Assembly (NCBI GenBank): GCA_965223265.1
Contig: OZ244999.1
Coordinates: forward strand, 8,960,001 to 9,024,000
Source: Planctomycetota bacterium
Lineage (GTDB): Bacteria > Planctomycetota > UBA8108 > SXIK01
Reading direction: 5' to 3'
Length of the DNA stretch: 64,000 nucleotides
Shown one piece after another: positions 12,881-22,152 of this stretch. The first letter of the stretch is position 1; the number at the start of each line of letters is the position of its first letter. A model generated the notes under the pieces. That model saw nothing but the letters and a program-made list of their open reading frames with translations, was not told the DNA's origin and ran no database searches. Both the position numbers and the translations under genes were made by a program.

Positions 12881-15157
12881 ATGCGCCGACTTTCCTTTGT
12901 TGTGCTCGCTTTGTTGACATCCTACATCGGTTTGCATCTGGCGCTCGCATCCCGAAAAGCTCTGGCTAATCCGCGTGATAGCGGACGCCGGGAACCGTGG
13001 ACAACGTCGAGAGTTGTCGGTAAGCCCGAACCGCCGTCGCCCTATTCGACGCAGATTGCGTTTCCGCACATCAAGTTTTTCGAGCCGCTCGCTATGACCA
13101 GTGTCCGCGGGACCGATCTACTATTGATTGCAGAGAAGCGCGGGCGAATCTACGCTTTTCGTAACGACCCAGATGTCGCCGCAGCTGAGCTTGTCATCGA
13201 CATTGGCCGGACCGTGTACGGCGTTGCTGCGCATCCGGACTTCGTGAAGAACGGCTTCATCTATGTCACGTACGTGCTCGATCCGATCGCATCGGAGCCC
13301 GAAGGCTCGCGTCTGTCTCGGTTTCAAGTTTTGGACGGTGAAGGACTGAAAGCCGATCCCGAGACCGAAAAGACTCTTCTCATTTGGCCATCGGGTGGGC
13401 ACAACGGCGGGTGTTTGACGTTCGGGCCTGACGGTTTTCTGTATCTCGCCACGGGGGACGGTAGCGGCATCGCTGATGGGTACAAGACCGGACAAGACGT
13501 CACCGATCTGCTGGCGTCAATCCTTCGTCTCGATGTCGACCGCGCGGATCCCGGCCGTGCCTACGCCATTCCGCCAGACAACCCGTTCGTCGGTATGCCG
13601 GGTGCGCGCGGGGAGATCTGGGCCTATGGACTGCGGCAGGTTTGGAAGATGGAGTTCGATCGTGCCACGGGCGACTTGTGGGCCGGCGAAGTCGGTCAGG
13701 ACCTGTGGGAAATGGTCTACCTCATCGAGCGCGGGGGGAACTACGGCTGGAGCGTGCGTGAGGGGCGTCACCCGTTTCGGCCAGGCCGCACAGAGGGACC
13801 GACTCCGTTTCAGGATCCGATTGTCGAACAACCGCACTCAGATTTTCGATCCATCACGGGCGGCATTGTCTATCACGGTTCGCGGTTGCCGCAGCTGACG
13901 GGAGCGTACGTCTATGGGGACTATGACACTGGCCGTGTGTGGGCGCTACGCTACGAGGGTGGCCGTGTCACGGCAAACTTCGAGCTTGTCGACACTCCGA
14001 TGCGCCTCGTGGACATCTGCGAGGACGAAGGCGGCGATTTTTTTCTCCTCGACTACGTTGGTGAGATCCGCCGTTTGGTGGTGAATCCGAAAGCGGGTGA
14101 TACGGAGGCGGCCAAGGCGTTTCCGCGCCGCCTGAGCGACACGGGAATCTTTGCGTCGACGCGAAATCACGAGCCAGCGCCGGGCGTCATCCCATACTCG
14201 GTCAACTCGGAGCTCTGGTCGGATGGTGCGTACAAGGAGCGGTTCATGGCGTTCCCCGGGCGCAGCCGGATCGAGCGCGACGCGATTCACTACCCTCAAC
14301 CGGCGCCGGGTTCAACACCGGGATGGCGATTTCCCGACGGCACAGTGCTCGTGAAGACGTTTTCGCTCGAGATGAAGCCGGGCGACCCGACCAGTCGGCG
14401 CCGGGTCGAGACGCGTCTCTTGCATTTTGAGCAGTTGGCGGGGCCCGAGACGGTTGGCGACCAGTACTGGCACGGATACTCGTACGTCTGGAACGAGGAT
14501 GAGACCGACGCCGAGCTCGTCGATGCGGTTGGGCTCGATCGAGCCTACGCCGTTCAGCGAGATGGAGAGACCTCAGAGCAGGTATGGCACTTTCCGAGTC
14601 GCGCCGAGTGTACGCTCTGTCACACCATGGCCGCAAAGTATGTGCTCGGCGTCAACGACTTACAGATCAACAAAGAGGTGGTCGTCGACGGTCGCTCCGT
14701 GAATCAGCTCGAGCAGCTCGAGCGTCTTGGAGTCTTCACTGACCCGTTGCCGGCGCCGACGAATGAGCTGCTGCGCCTCTACGACCATACCGATGCCAAG
14801 GTCGAGCTCGCGAGACGCGCACGCTCCTACCTGCACTCGAACTGCTCGCACTGCCACCGCAAGTGGGGCGGAGGGAACGCCGAGTTCCAGCTGCTTGCGA
14901 CTTTGCCGCTGACGCAGACCGGAACGCTCGGCGTGCCGCCGCACCACGGCGCTTTCGGTGCTGTGTCGCCTGCCCTGATCGCACCCGGAAGCCCGGAGCA
15001 GTCCGTCGTGCTGCGGCGCATGCAGATCACTGGACTAGGGCGCATGCCGCACATTGCCTCGAGCGTCGTCGACGAAGTCGGCGTCGGCATCATCCGTGAC
15101 TGGATCGCAAATCTACCGTCGGACGCGCGCGACGCCACGCCAGCCCAGGGCGACTGA
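12881..15157 (+). CDS. PQQ-dependent sugar dehydrogenase (GSDH beta-propeller) fused to a dihaem cytochrome c domain
   Basis: HNGGCLTFGPDGFLYLATGDG, EIWAYGLR, GGNYGW; C-terminal CTLCH and CSHCH; N-terminal signal peptide. Confidence 0.85.
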   Translation: MRRLSFVVLALLTSYIGLHLALASRKALANPRDSGRREPWTTSRVVGKPEPPSPYSTQIAFPHIKFFEPLAMTSVRGTDLLLIAEKRGRIYAFRNDPDVAAAELVIDIGRTVYGVAAHPDFVKNGFIYVTYVLDPIASEPEGSRLSRFQVLDGEGLKADPETEKTLLIWPSGGHNGGCLTFGPDGFLYLATGDGSGIADGYKTGQDVTDLLASILRLDVDRADPGRAYAIPPDNPFVGMPGARGEIWAYGLRQVWKMEFDRATGDLWAGEVGQDLWEMVYLIERGGNYGWSVREGRHPFRPGRTEGPTPFQDPIVEQPHSDFRSITGGIVYHGSRLPQLTGAYVYGDYDTGRVWALRYEGGRVTANFELVDTPMRLVDICEDEGGDFFLLDYVGEIRRLVVNPKAGDTEAAKAFPRRLSDTGIFASTRNHEPAPGVIPYSVNSELWSDGAYKERFMAFPGRSRIERDAIHYPQPAPGSTPGWRFPDGTVLVKTFSLEMKPGDPTSRRRVETRLLHFEQLAGPETVGDQYWHGYSYVWNEDETDAELVDAVGLDRAYAVQRDGETSEQVWHFPSRAECTLCHTMAAKYVLGVNDLQINKEVVVDGRSVNQLEQLERLGVFTDPLPAPTNELLRLYDHTDAKVELARRARSYLHSNCSHCHRKWGGGNAEFQLLATLPLTQTGTLGVPPHHGAFGAVSPALIAPGSPEQSVVLRRMQITGLGRMPHIASSVVDEVGVGIIRDWIANLPSDARDATPAQGD

Positions 15158-15250
15158 GCGACGAAGGCGACCGTTTCTGTCTACGCCGCGATCGATCGCG
15201 TCTTCGGCGCCACCTGTCCTCAATACGTGCTGCTGTGCGTGCTCGTTTAG

Positions 15251-15427
15251 CAGCCTGTTGAAAAGTGCTTCGAGCCGAAAACTGGTCTCTTCGCGTCCAG
15301 ATCGGCCGCGGCAAACGCAGGCAATCTTCGGGCCCTCTTCTTTCGATTCTGATGGCGAGTATTGGCGCGGCCCGTCTGGGCGTGAAGAGGCCAGTTTCTT
15401 CGGCCGAATGACTTCTTCAACGGGCTG
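15251..15427. mobile_element. Palindromic MITE-like element, copy A
   Basis: Ends CAGCCTGTTGAA...TTCAACGGGCTG; long imperfect palindrome; reverse complement matches 34399-34557; lies between convergent genes. Confidence 0.75.
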
Positions 15428-15430
15428 GAG

Positions 15431-16927
15431 CTACTCTTGAGATAGCCGTCGAAACATGAGGCCTTCGAGCCTCTCGGCCGTCGGTTGTGGCCAAAAGTAG
15501 CTGGCGACAAGGCCGATGGCGAAAGCCGGGATGCAGCTCCAGGCACCATACCACCAGCCATGGACGTCAAGAATCACGGCGCCGATCGTACCCACGAACC
15601 CCGCTCCGATGCCGAACACCATCCCCATGGCGTTCGCACGTCGACTCAGAATCCCAAGCGTGAAAACCGCGAGCAAATTGCCGAGGAACGCACCGGCGAT
15701 TTTCATGAGTGTGTCGAAAATAGGACCGTCCGCCTGGTTGATCGCCAGCGATACGGCGATGACTGCGATGCCAAGGATGACGCACGCGGTGCGGCTCCAG
15801 CGCACGCTCTGCTCTCGGCCACGGAACCAATCGTAGACAACGAGCGCTGTGATGTTGTTGATGCCGCTGTCGACGCTGCTCATGGCCGCTGCGAAGAGTC
15901 CGGCGAGGAGAATGCCCGTGAGCCCTTGGATTGCCAGTTCATTGAGAACGAAGTGCGGCACCAGCTTGTCTTCCGTCGGCAGTCCGGCGAAACCATCGCC
16001 AGCTACCGCCCCGGCGTCCAGGCCTTGGTGATAAAACGCGAAGACCGCTGTACCGACGAGAAAGAAAAGAAGACAGACGGCCACAGTGAGCACGGCGTTC
16101 ATCACCATGGCCCAACGCGCGTCGCGGAGCGTCGGCACCGAAACGTAGCGCTGAATCGCGCCCTGCGACGCTGCATACGCAGGAATGTAAGCAAAAATCC
16201 CGTAGGCGCAAGCCGAGAAGAAGTTGTCGCTCTCCTCGAAACTGAAGTCGAACATATCGAACTTGTTGTGAGCTGCAGCCAGATCAACCATGCCGCCCAA
16301 ACCACCTTCGATGCGGCTCACGGCCAGCAGGAATACGGCCAGCATCCCGCCGCCCAGGGTGACCGACTGCAGCACATCCGTCCAAACCACGGCGCGGACA
16401 CCACCGATTGCAGTGTAGAAGGTCGCGAAGAGACCAAAGCCAGCCAAGGCGAGCGATAATTGACCTTCGCTCAGCTCGAAGACCGCCTCGAGGATGCGAC
16501 CGACGGCGACGAGCATCGTCCCCATCCAACCGACGGTGTAGATCGAGTAGAGGGCGCTTCCGAGTAAGCGGACGCGACGGTCGAAACGCCGCTCGAGGTA
16601 TTCGTAGAGGCTGACGAGGCGCAGGCGATGGTAGATCGGCAGGAAGACGATCGACACGACGGGCGTGACGACGAACGGGATGAAGAGGATCGCTAGATAG
16701 AGGTGGTAGTCGTCGTTCGCTGCCTCGCGTGGTAAACCCACGAACGAGTTGGAGCTGAAGGTGCTTGCGAACAGCGACACGCCGACCGGAAACCAGCCCA
16801 GCGTGCGACTGCCGACGAAGTACTCTTCGTTCGTCTCTTGGCGTTTCGAGAACCAAATCCCGATGCCGAGTACCACGAGCAGATAGAAACCACAAACGGC
16901 CCAATCGAGAGGTGAGATTGAATTCAC
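15431..16927 (-). CDS. Sodium:solute symporter (SSS) family transporter
   Basis: EEYFVGSR, SLYEYLERRF, GGVRAVVWTDVLQ, LFAAAMSSVDSGIN; about 13 TM helices; GTG start at 16927. Confidence 0.92.
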   Translation of the reverse strand: MNSISPLDWAVCGFYLLVVLGIGIWFSKRQETNEEYFVGSRTLGWFPVGVSLFASTFSSNSFVGLPREAANDDYHLYLAILFIPFVVTPVVSIVFLPIYHRLRLVSLYEYLERRFDRRVRLLGSALYSIYTVGWMGTMLVAVGRILEAVFELSEGQLSLALAGFGLFATFYTAIGGVRAVVWTDVLQSVTLGGGMLAVFLLAVSRIEGGLGGMVDLAAAHNKFDMFDFSFEESDNFFSACAYGIFAYIPAYAASQGAIQRYVSVPTLRDARWAMVMNAVLTVAVCLLFFLVGTAVFAFYHQGLDAGAVAGDGFAGLPTEDKLVPHFVLNELAIQGLTGILLAGLFAAAMSSVDSGINNITALVVYDWFRGREQSVRWSRTACVILGIAVIAVSLAINQADGPIFDTLMKIAGAFLGNLLAVFTLGILSRRANAMGMVFGIGAGFVGTIGAVILDVHGWWYGAWSCIPAFAIGLVASYFWPQPTAERLEGLMFRRLSQE

Positions 16928-17156
16928 TGCGCGGCCTTGGCTGCTGTGGTGGTGCCGAACGGCGAGTTGGACGCACATTCGGCGGTGTGTGACGCGAGAC
17001 AAGACTTTAACGCAGGCGTTTTGATCTTTGCCACCCTGCTCGCTTAAAATTGGCGCGAAGTGGCGGTCGACTCTACTACGGCAGTTCTCGGCTGCTCACG
17101 CAGGGGCGACGAAGAGTCGGCTTGAGCACGATCGACGAAAACTCAGTGAGAACGCG

Positions 17157-18269
17157 ATGCGCATCGTTCGGATCGAACCCATTCCCATCAACGTGCCACT
17201 GAAAAAGGGGCTGACGACGAAGACGGCGCACGGCGAGCATGTCGATTCACCGTACGTGATCGTGAGGGTGCACACAGATGAGGGGCTCGTCGGCCTTGGC
17301 GAGGCGACGCTCGCACCGCGCTGGAGCGGAGAGACGAGTTCCAGTTGTGTTGCCGCGCTTCGCGACCTGATTTCCCCAGCGCTTGTCGGCGAAGATCCAC
17401 GCGACATCACGCGGCTACGCGGGCGCATGGAGCGGGTGCTGAAGCTCAATCCATTCACCAAGGCGGCCGTCGAGATGGCGCTTTGGGATCTCCGCGGCAA
17501 GTCGTTGGACGTCCCGATTTACGAGCTCCTCGGCGGTAAGATGCACGACGAGCTACCGATCAAGATGGTGATCGGCGCTTTCGATGTGCCGAAGGCCGTT
17601 CAGCTCGCCGAGCAGTTTCTCGATTGGGGCGTCAAATGCCTCAAGGTCAAAGTCGGCGTCGATCCTGAATCTGACGTCGCTCGCGTTGAGGCGGTTCGCA
17701 GCGCAGCCGGGCCGGACGTTCCCATCGCCATCGACGCGAACTGCGGCTGGAACTTGGCAACGGCGCGGCGCACGCTCGAGTGCCTCGAAGAGTTCGACAT
17801 CTTGGTCGCCGAGCAGCCGATTCCTCCCGGCGATGTCGAGGCGTTCGCGGATCTCCGCAGCGCGACGACCATCCCCATCATGGCGGACGAGAGCGTGTTC
17901 ACGTTGACCGACGCGTGGGTGCTGACAGCGGCGCGGGCGGTCGACGTGCTTGCCGTCTACCCCGGTAAGCACGGCGGCATCGCAGCCACTCTTGAGCTGG
18001 CGCACGTGGCGTGCGGTGCCGGGATCGCTTGTGCGATCGGGAGCAACCTGGAGCTCGGTATCGGTACGGCTGCTATGCTGCACGTGGCTGCAAGCAATCC
18101 CACCATCGACAGCAAGACGTTTCCAGCCGATTTGATCGGACCGCTTTATCACGAAGCCGACATGCTCACGCAGCCGCTCGAACTCGGGCCAACCGCGGCG
18201 CACGTACCGTCCGGCCCCGGCCTTGGAGTGGAGCTCGACGAAGAGGCGTTGGCACGCTGGCGGGAGTAG
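17157..18269 (+). CDS. Enolase superfamily (muconate cycloisomerase / dipeptide epimerase subgroup)
   Basis: KVKVG, DAN, EQP, DES metal ligands, YPGKHGGI, GPGLGVELD. Confidence 0.88.
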   Translation: MRIVRIEPIPINVPLKKGLTTKTAHGEHVDSPYVIVRVHTDEGLVGLGEATLAPRWSGETSSSCVAALRDLISPALVGEDPRDITRLRGRMERVLKLNPFTKAAVEMALWDLRGKSLDVPIYELLGGKMHDELPIKMVIGAFDVPKAVQLAEQFLDWGVKCLKVKVGVDPESDVARVEAVRSAAGPDVPIAIDANCGWNLATARRTLECLEEFDILVAEQPIPPGDVEAFADLRSATTIPIMADESVFTLTDAWVLTAARAVDVLAVYPGKHGGIAATLELAHVACGAGIACAIGSNLELGIGTAAMLHVAASNPTIDSKTFPADLIGPLYHEADMLTQPLELGPTAAHVPSGPGLGVELDEEALARWRE

Positions 18270-18302
18270 GGGTTGTTGCTGACGATGCGGGTGCTGAGAG
18301 CT

Positions 18303-18345
18303 GGGACGGAGATCGAGACGGGGAAAGAGACAGAAGCAGAGAAGA
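18303..18345 (+). repeat. Degenerate purine-rich hexamer tract upstream of four-helix cassette 1
   Basis: GGGACG-GAGATC-GAGACG-GGGAAA-GAGACA-GAAGCA periodicity. Confidence 0.55.
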
Positions 18346-18358
18346 GGTGTGCCGCCAA

Positions 18359-18540
18359 GGGGCGTTTGCGGCGGCGGTATTGTCGAGCGTAACCGAAGCA
18401 GAGCCGGCCTCAAGGGTGCCCTCGCTGCGCTCGGCGCTTCGCGCCCTTGACCCCGACTCTGCTTTGGTTGGCGGGGGTGAAACGCCGCCGCGTCGGGCGT
18501 GCGGCGAGAGTTTCACTCAACCGGTTGACTGGAGTCGCTC
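18359..18540 (+). other. Conserved structured non-coding leader of four-helix gene 1 (ncRNA or ssDNA site, function unknown)
   Basis: 42-nt core 18410-18451 matches 19547-19588 (minus) at 41/42; GGCGGCGG-NN-TTGTCGAGC block shared with about 22278-22298 (minus); 5' GCGGCGGCG pairs with CGCCGCCGC at 18483-18491. Confidence 0.7.
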
Positions 18541-18864
18541 ATGGGCTTTCTCGCTTTGGATCACTCTGTTGGTATCGTTCGTCAGTTGCGTCCGCTTGTC
18601 TCGCGTGTGCGTCGTCACGACTCGAAGCTTGCCGCTCAGCTGCGCGACGCGGGGTCCTCCGTGGCGCTGAATTTGGGCGAGGGCAATCGGCGCTCTGGTC
18701 GTGACCGCGGGCACCTTTGGCGTGTTGCTTCAGGCAGTGCCGAAGAGGTGCGTACGGCGCTCCGTGTTGCTGAAGCTTGGGGCTACGTCGATGCGCAGGA
18801 GACAGCTTCGGTGCTTGCGGACATCGACGAGCTGCAGGCGATGCTTTGGAAGCTGACGCGCTGA
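18541..18864 (+). CDS. Four-helix-bundle protein (23S rRNA-intervening-sequence protein / Avd-like), paralog 1
   Basis: LAAQLRDAGSSVALNLGEG..R..HLWRVASGSAEEV matches the family core QxxRAxxSxxxNIAEG...A.GSxxE; 107 aa; GGAG RBS. Confidence 0.88.
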   Translation: MGFLALDHSVGIVRQLRPLVSRVRRHDSKLAAQLRDAGSSVALNLGEGNRRSGRDRGHLWRVASGSAEEVRTALRVAEAWGYVDAQETASVLADIDELQAMLWKLTR

Positions 18865-18880
18865 GCTTGGGGTCTTGGGC

Positions 18881-18909
18881 CCGCCGTGCTTTTTCGCGCG
18901 GCGGTTTTT
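18881..18909 (+). terminator. Intrinsic terminator after four-helix gene 1
   Basis: CCGCCGTGC-loop-GCGCGGCGG followed by TTTTT. Confidence 0.7.
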
Positions 18910-19092
18910 GAGGCGGGGGAGAGGCAGAGGGAGAGACGGAACCGGAGGCAGAGACAGGGGCAGAATCAGAGACGGATGACGGATAGAGATACAGAAGCAG
19001 ATGACAGAGTCAGAGACGGAGACAGACACAGATACAGATGCAGAGCCAGAGACGGATTCGGATGACGGAGACAGGGCCAGAAGTCGGAAGCG
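18910..19092 (+). repeat. Degenerate purine-rich hexamer tract between the two four-helix genes
   Basis: GAGGCA/GAGACG/GAGACA/GATACA/GATGCA/GAAGCA-like units over about 180 bp. Confidence 0.75.
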
Positions 19093-19101
19093 CCGTGACC
19101 A

Positions 19102-19128
19102 GCGCCCGCTACGAAAGTAGCGGGCGCA
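19102..19128 (-). terminator. Perfect hairpin downstream of four-helix gene 2
   Basis: GCGCCCGCTAC-GAAA-GTAGCGGGCGC; no U-tract, so a terminator role is uncertain. Confidence 0.45.
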
Positions 19129-19140
19129 TGGGCGTCTCGC

Positions 19141-19464
19141 TCAGCGCGTGAGTCCGCTGAGAAGAGCCAGGAGTCGATCGAGGGTCTGGAGAGGAACTGA
19201 GACGTCTTCGGCCCTGAGATCTCCCCAGGCCACAGTGATTCGCAGGGCGGTCTCGACCTCCCGGGCACTGCCGCGCGCAACGCGATAGAGATGAAGTCGG
19301 TCTTTCCCGGAGCGCTCGGCACCCTCCGAGAGATTGAGCGCGACGGAAGAGGCAGCCCGCCGAATCTGCCGATGGAGATCGGGATCAAGCCGACGCAGCC
19401 GCAGCAATGGAGCCCGCAAGTCGCGAATCAAAGCGAGACTGACATCGAGAGCGATGAAGCGCAT
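19141..19464 (-). CDS. Four-helix-bundle protein (23S rRNA-IVP / Avd-like), paralog 2
   Basis: QIRRAASSVALNLSEG..HLYRVARGSAREV; 107 aa; ungapped alignment to paralog 1 (about 57/107 identical by hand count); GGAGG RBS. Confidence 0.88.
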   Translation of the reverse strand: MRFIALDVSLALIRDLRAPLLRLRRLDPDLHRQIRRAASSVALNLSEGAERSGKDRLHLYRVARGSAREVETALRITVAWGDLRAEDVSVPLQTLDRLLALLSGLTR

Positions 19465-19596
19465 GAGAAGCCTCCGAAACGGTGAGTCAAGAGCTCGCCG
19501 CGTCCGGGCGGCGGTACTCCACCCCCCAACGCGGAGCGGAGTGGGTGTCAAGGGCGCGCAGCGCCGAGCGCAGCGAGGGCACCCTTGACCACGGGT
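19465..19596 (-). other. Gene-proximal part of the structured leader of four-helix gene 2 (interrupted by the recombinase element)
   Basis: Reverse complement contains TCAAGGGTGCCCTCGCTGCGCTCGGCGCTGCGCGCCCTTGAC; the leader resumes beyond 22247. Confidence 0.7.
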
Positions 19597-19615
19597 AGCC
19601 CACACTGATGTTGGT

Positions 19616-20065
19616 TTGACGACCGTAACGGTCTTCTATCCCTACCACCCCCTTGCGGGACGCTCTCTGCCGGTCGTTCGGCGGACCTCGAGAGAACCGC
19701 CCTGCTACTTGGTTCAAATCGAGAAGCGCCAGCTCTTGGTGCCGTGCTGGATGACCGAGGAGAGCGCTATGTGGGTGGAGCTGTGTAGATCGCCCCACAT
19801 CGACGTGGAGGAGCTCCTCGTCATTGCGGCGATCGTAGAGTCTCGACTCCAAGAAGCACCATCGTCCATCCTTGACTCAGAACCAACTCGAACCAAGGAG
19901 GAGGACGATGGTGTGGACGCAGCTTACTCTACCGTTCTTGCCGCCGGAAGATCAAAGCGTGCTCGCAGTGCTGAGCGCGAAGGAGCGGGAGGAAATCGCT
20001 CGGGCAGTGGCGATTCTCCTGCAGGCGATCATCGAGAACCACGGTGTGGAGGGCGAGAACGATGA
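19616..20065 (+). CDS. DUF5372/Y4bD-like small protein of the LSR element (start uncertain)
   Basis: VTVFYPYHPLAGRSLPVVRR...LLVPCWMTEE resembles the HPxHPLxG..PxWMT pattern of ORFs preceding this recombinase class; only a TTG start, no RBS; the C-terminal part may be read-through. Confidence 0.55.
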   Translation: MTTVTVFYPYHPLAGRSLPVVRRTSREPPCYLVQIEKRQLLVPCWMTEESAMWVELCRSPHIDVEELLVIAAIVESRLQEAPSSILDSEPTRTKEEDDGVDAAYSTVLAAGRSKRARSAEREGAGGNRSGSGDSPAGDHREPRCGGRER

Positions 20066-20075
20066 GGATCGATAG
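19908..20075 (+). CDS. Small helical protein of the LSR element
   Basis: GGAGGA RBS, ATG 19908, 55 aa amphipathic helix (EREEIARAVAILLQAII); overlaps the recombinase start. Confidence 0.6.
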   Translation: MVWTQLTLPFLPPEDQSVLAVLSAKEREEIARAVAILLQAIIENHGVEGENDEDR

Positions 20076-22152
20076 CAATCATCCAGGTGGCGTCACTACC
20101 GAGCACCTCAGGCGCGCGGCAGTAGTATACATTCGTCAATCGTCGCCAACACAGGTGAAGAACAACGAAGAGAGCACGCGCCTGCAACGCGAACTGAGGC
20201 ACAAGGCGGTCGATCTTGGCTGGCGCGAGCCGATTCTCATCGAGGACGATCTCGGCGAGTCGGCTTCTGGATTCGTCGATCGCCCCGGCTTCGAGAAACT
20301 GAAGAGCTGGGTCATTGCCGGGGAAGTCGGGATTATCTTCTGTCTCGAGATTTCCCGACTGTCGAGGAATTCGGTGGACTGGGCGCGACTGATGGAGCTT
20401 TGTCAGCACTTCAATACGCTGATCGCGGACACCGAGCAGGTCTACGATCTGTCGCTCTCTAACGACAGACTGTTGATCGGCATCCGTGGCTCGATCTCAG
20501 AAGCCGAGCTTGCGACGATTCGCTTGCGATTGCGCCTAGGTCAGCAGGCGAAAGCGAAGCGAGGTGAGCTGTGGATTCAGTTACCGATCGGCTACGTCTA
20601 CGACGACACTGAGATTGTCTTCGATCCCGACGAGAGAATCCGTACCGCGATCCGCCGTGTCTTTCAGGACTTCCGTGGCTCCAGTAGTGCCCGACAGCTC
20701 GCATTGCATTACCGAGACGCGGGGATCGAGTTTCCGAGTCGGGGCTTGGGCAACAAGACGGTCAGGTGGGCGGTGCCGTCGGCCAAGTCGCTACACAACC
20801 TCCTGGTCAATCCGACCTATGCTGGAGCCTACGCTTGGGGTCGTTCAAGGACGACAAGCAAGATCGCCGATGGGAGGCTGGTCAAACAGCGTGAACGTCG
20901 GCAAGATCCTGGTGAAGCTCGGGTGATGATCCGTGACCATCACCCAGCCTACATCGATTGGTCAGAGTACGAAGCGAACTTGAAGAAGCTATCGCAGAAT
21001 CGACCGCGAAGAGGGCTCGACGGCAACCGAGGAGCCGCGCGGGAAGGCCAGGCTCTCCTGGCGGGGATGTTGCGTTGTGGTCACTGTGGCGATCAGCTGA
21101 AGGTCCGGTACCGATACGAGAAGGCCTTCTATTACTGCGACGGCACACGAAAGGGGAACTCACGCATTTGTCTCTCTGTTGGGGCATGTCGCGTTGACCC
21201 GATCGTCGCGCAGCAGTTGTGTCGAGCGCTTGACTCCTCGGGGATCGAGGCTGCGACCAGGGCGTTCGAGCAGATCGAGAAGAGCCGAGCCGACGAGTTG
21301 AACTACGCGAAGCAGCAGGTCGAGGCTGCGCAGTACGCCGCCAGTCATGCATTCGAACAGTTCGACGCGTGCGATCCGAGGAATCGCCTTGTTGCGGACA
21401 ACCTCGAGAAACGTCTCAACGACAAGCTTCAGCGGCTTGCCGAGGCAAAGGAGACACTCCACAAGCAGCAGTCGTCGAGATTGACGTTGACTGTCGCAGA
21501 GCGAAAACGTCTCGAGACTCTCGCACGGAACTTCCAGTTGGTCTGGCGATCGACGATTGATGTCAGGCTGAAGAAGACTCTGCTGCGAGCAGCGATTCAC
21601 GAGATCATGATCAAGGAGAGCGGCGAGCTCGTTGGATCCAATCGGCAAAGTCGCCGCCTGGAATTGACGATTCACTGGAAGGGCGGCGTACACTCTACCT
21701 CCGAGCTGTTGCGATTCCCCTCTCCGAAGGCATCAAGGGAAGTTTCGGTGCTCGAGCTGATCAAGCGGCTCAGCGCCGCGGCGCATAGTGACAGCGAGAT
21801 TGCCTTAGTGCTTAACAGACGAAGGCTCACGACCACACGGTGGACCAAAGACAAGGTGACCGAATTTCGCAAACACAACGGTATCAATTCAGCGCAGTCC
21901 TCCGATGATGCGTTGTCGATGAACGGCGCCAGCAAGTACCTAGGAGTTTCCTCGATAGCATTACGTACGCTTGTCGAACGAGGATTGATCAGGAAAAACC
22001 AAGTCGCCGAGTTCGCCCCCTGGCGCGTCTCTCGCCACGAGCTGGACTCCCCAGGAGTCCGGAGCCTCGTGGCGACGCTCAAGGCGACGGGTCGATTCCC
22101 GCCTAAGGAGGGCTGCGCGAAGAACCAGATGACGCTCTTCGACGACCTATGA
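20062..22152 (+). CDS. Large serine recombinase (resolvase + recombinase + Zn-ribbon + C-terminal HTH)
   Basis: AVVYIRQSS catalytic motif, EDDLGESASG..RPGF, EISRLSRN, NPTYAGAY, LRCGHCG..YYC zinc ribbon, coiled coil, terminal HTH (MNGASKYLGVS). Confidence 0.93.
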   Translation: MRIDSNHPGGVTTEHLRRAAVVYIRQSSPTQVKNNEESTRLQRELRHKAVDLGWREPILIEDDLGESASGFVDRPGFEKLKSWVIAGEVGIIFCLEISRLSRNSVDWARLMELCQHFNTLIADTEQVYDLSLSNDRLLIGIRGSISEAELATIRLRLRLGQQAKAKRGELWIQLPIGYVYDDTEIVFDPDERIRTAIRRVFQDFRGSSSARQLALHYRDAGIEFPSRGLGNKTVRWAVPSAKSLHNLLVNPTYAGAYAWGRSRTTSKIADGRLVKQRERRQDPGEARVMIRDHHPAYIDWSEYEANLKKLSQNRPRRGLDGNRGAAREGQALLAGMLRCGHCGDQLKVRYRYEKAFYYCDGTRKGNSRICLSVGACRVDPIVAQQLCRALDSSGIEAATRAFEQIEKSRADELNYAKQQVEAAQYAASHAFEQFDACDPRNRLVADNLEKRLNDKLQRLAEAKETLHKQQSSRLTLTVAERKRLETLARNFQLVWRSTIDVRLKKTLLRAAIHEIMIKESGELVGSNRQSRRLELTIHWKGGVHSTSELLRFPSPKASREVSVLELIKRLSAAAHSDSEIALVLNRRRLTTTRWTKDKVTEFRKHNGINSAQSSDDALSMNGASKYLGVSSIALRTLVERGLIRKNQVAEFAPWRVSRHELDSPGVRSLVATLKATGRFPPKEGCAKNQMTLFDDL

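Noticed and set aside
18541-19464. Diversity-generating retroelement, or 23S rRNA intervening sequence
   Set aside because: Avd-like fold only; no reverse transcriptase, no adenine-mismatched TR/VR pair and no rRNA sequence nearby.
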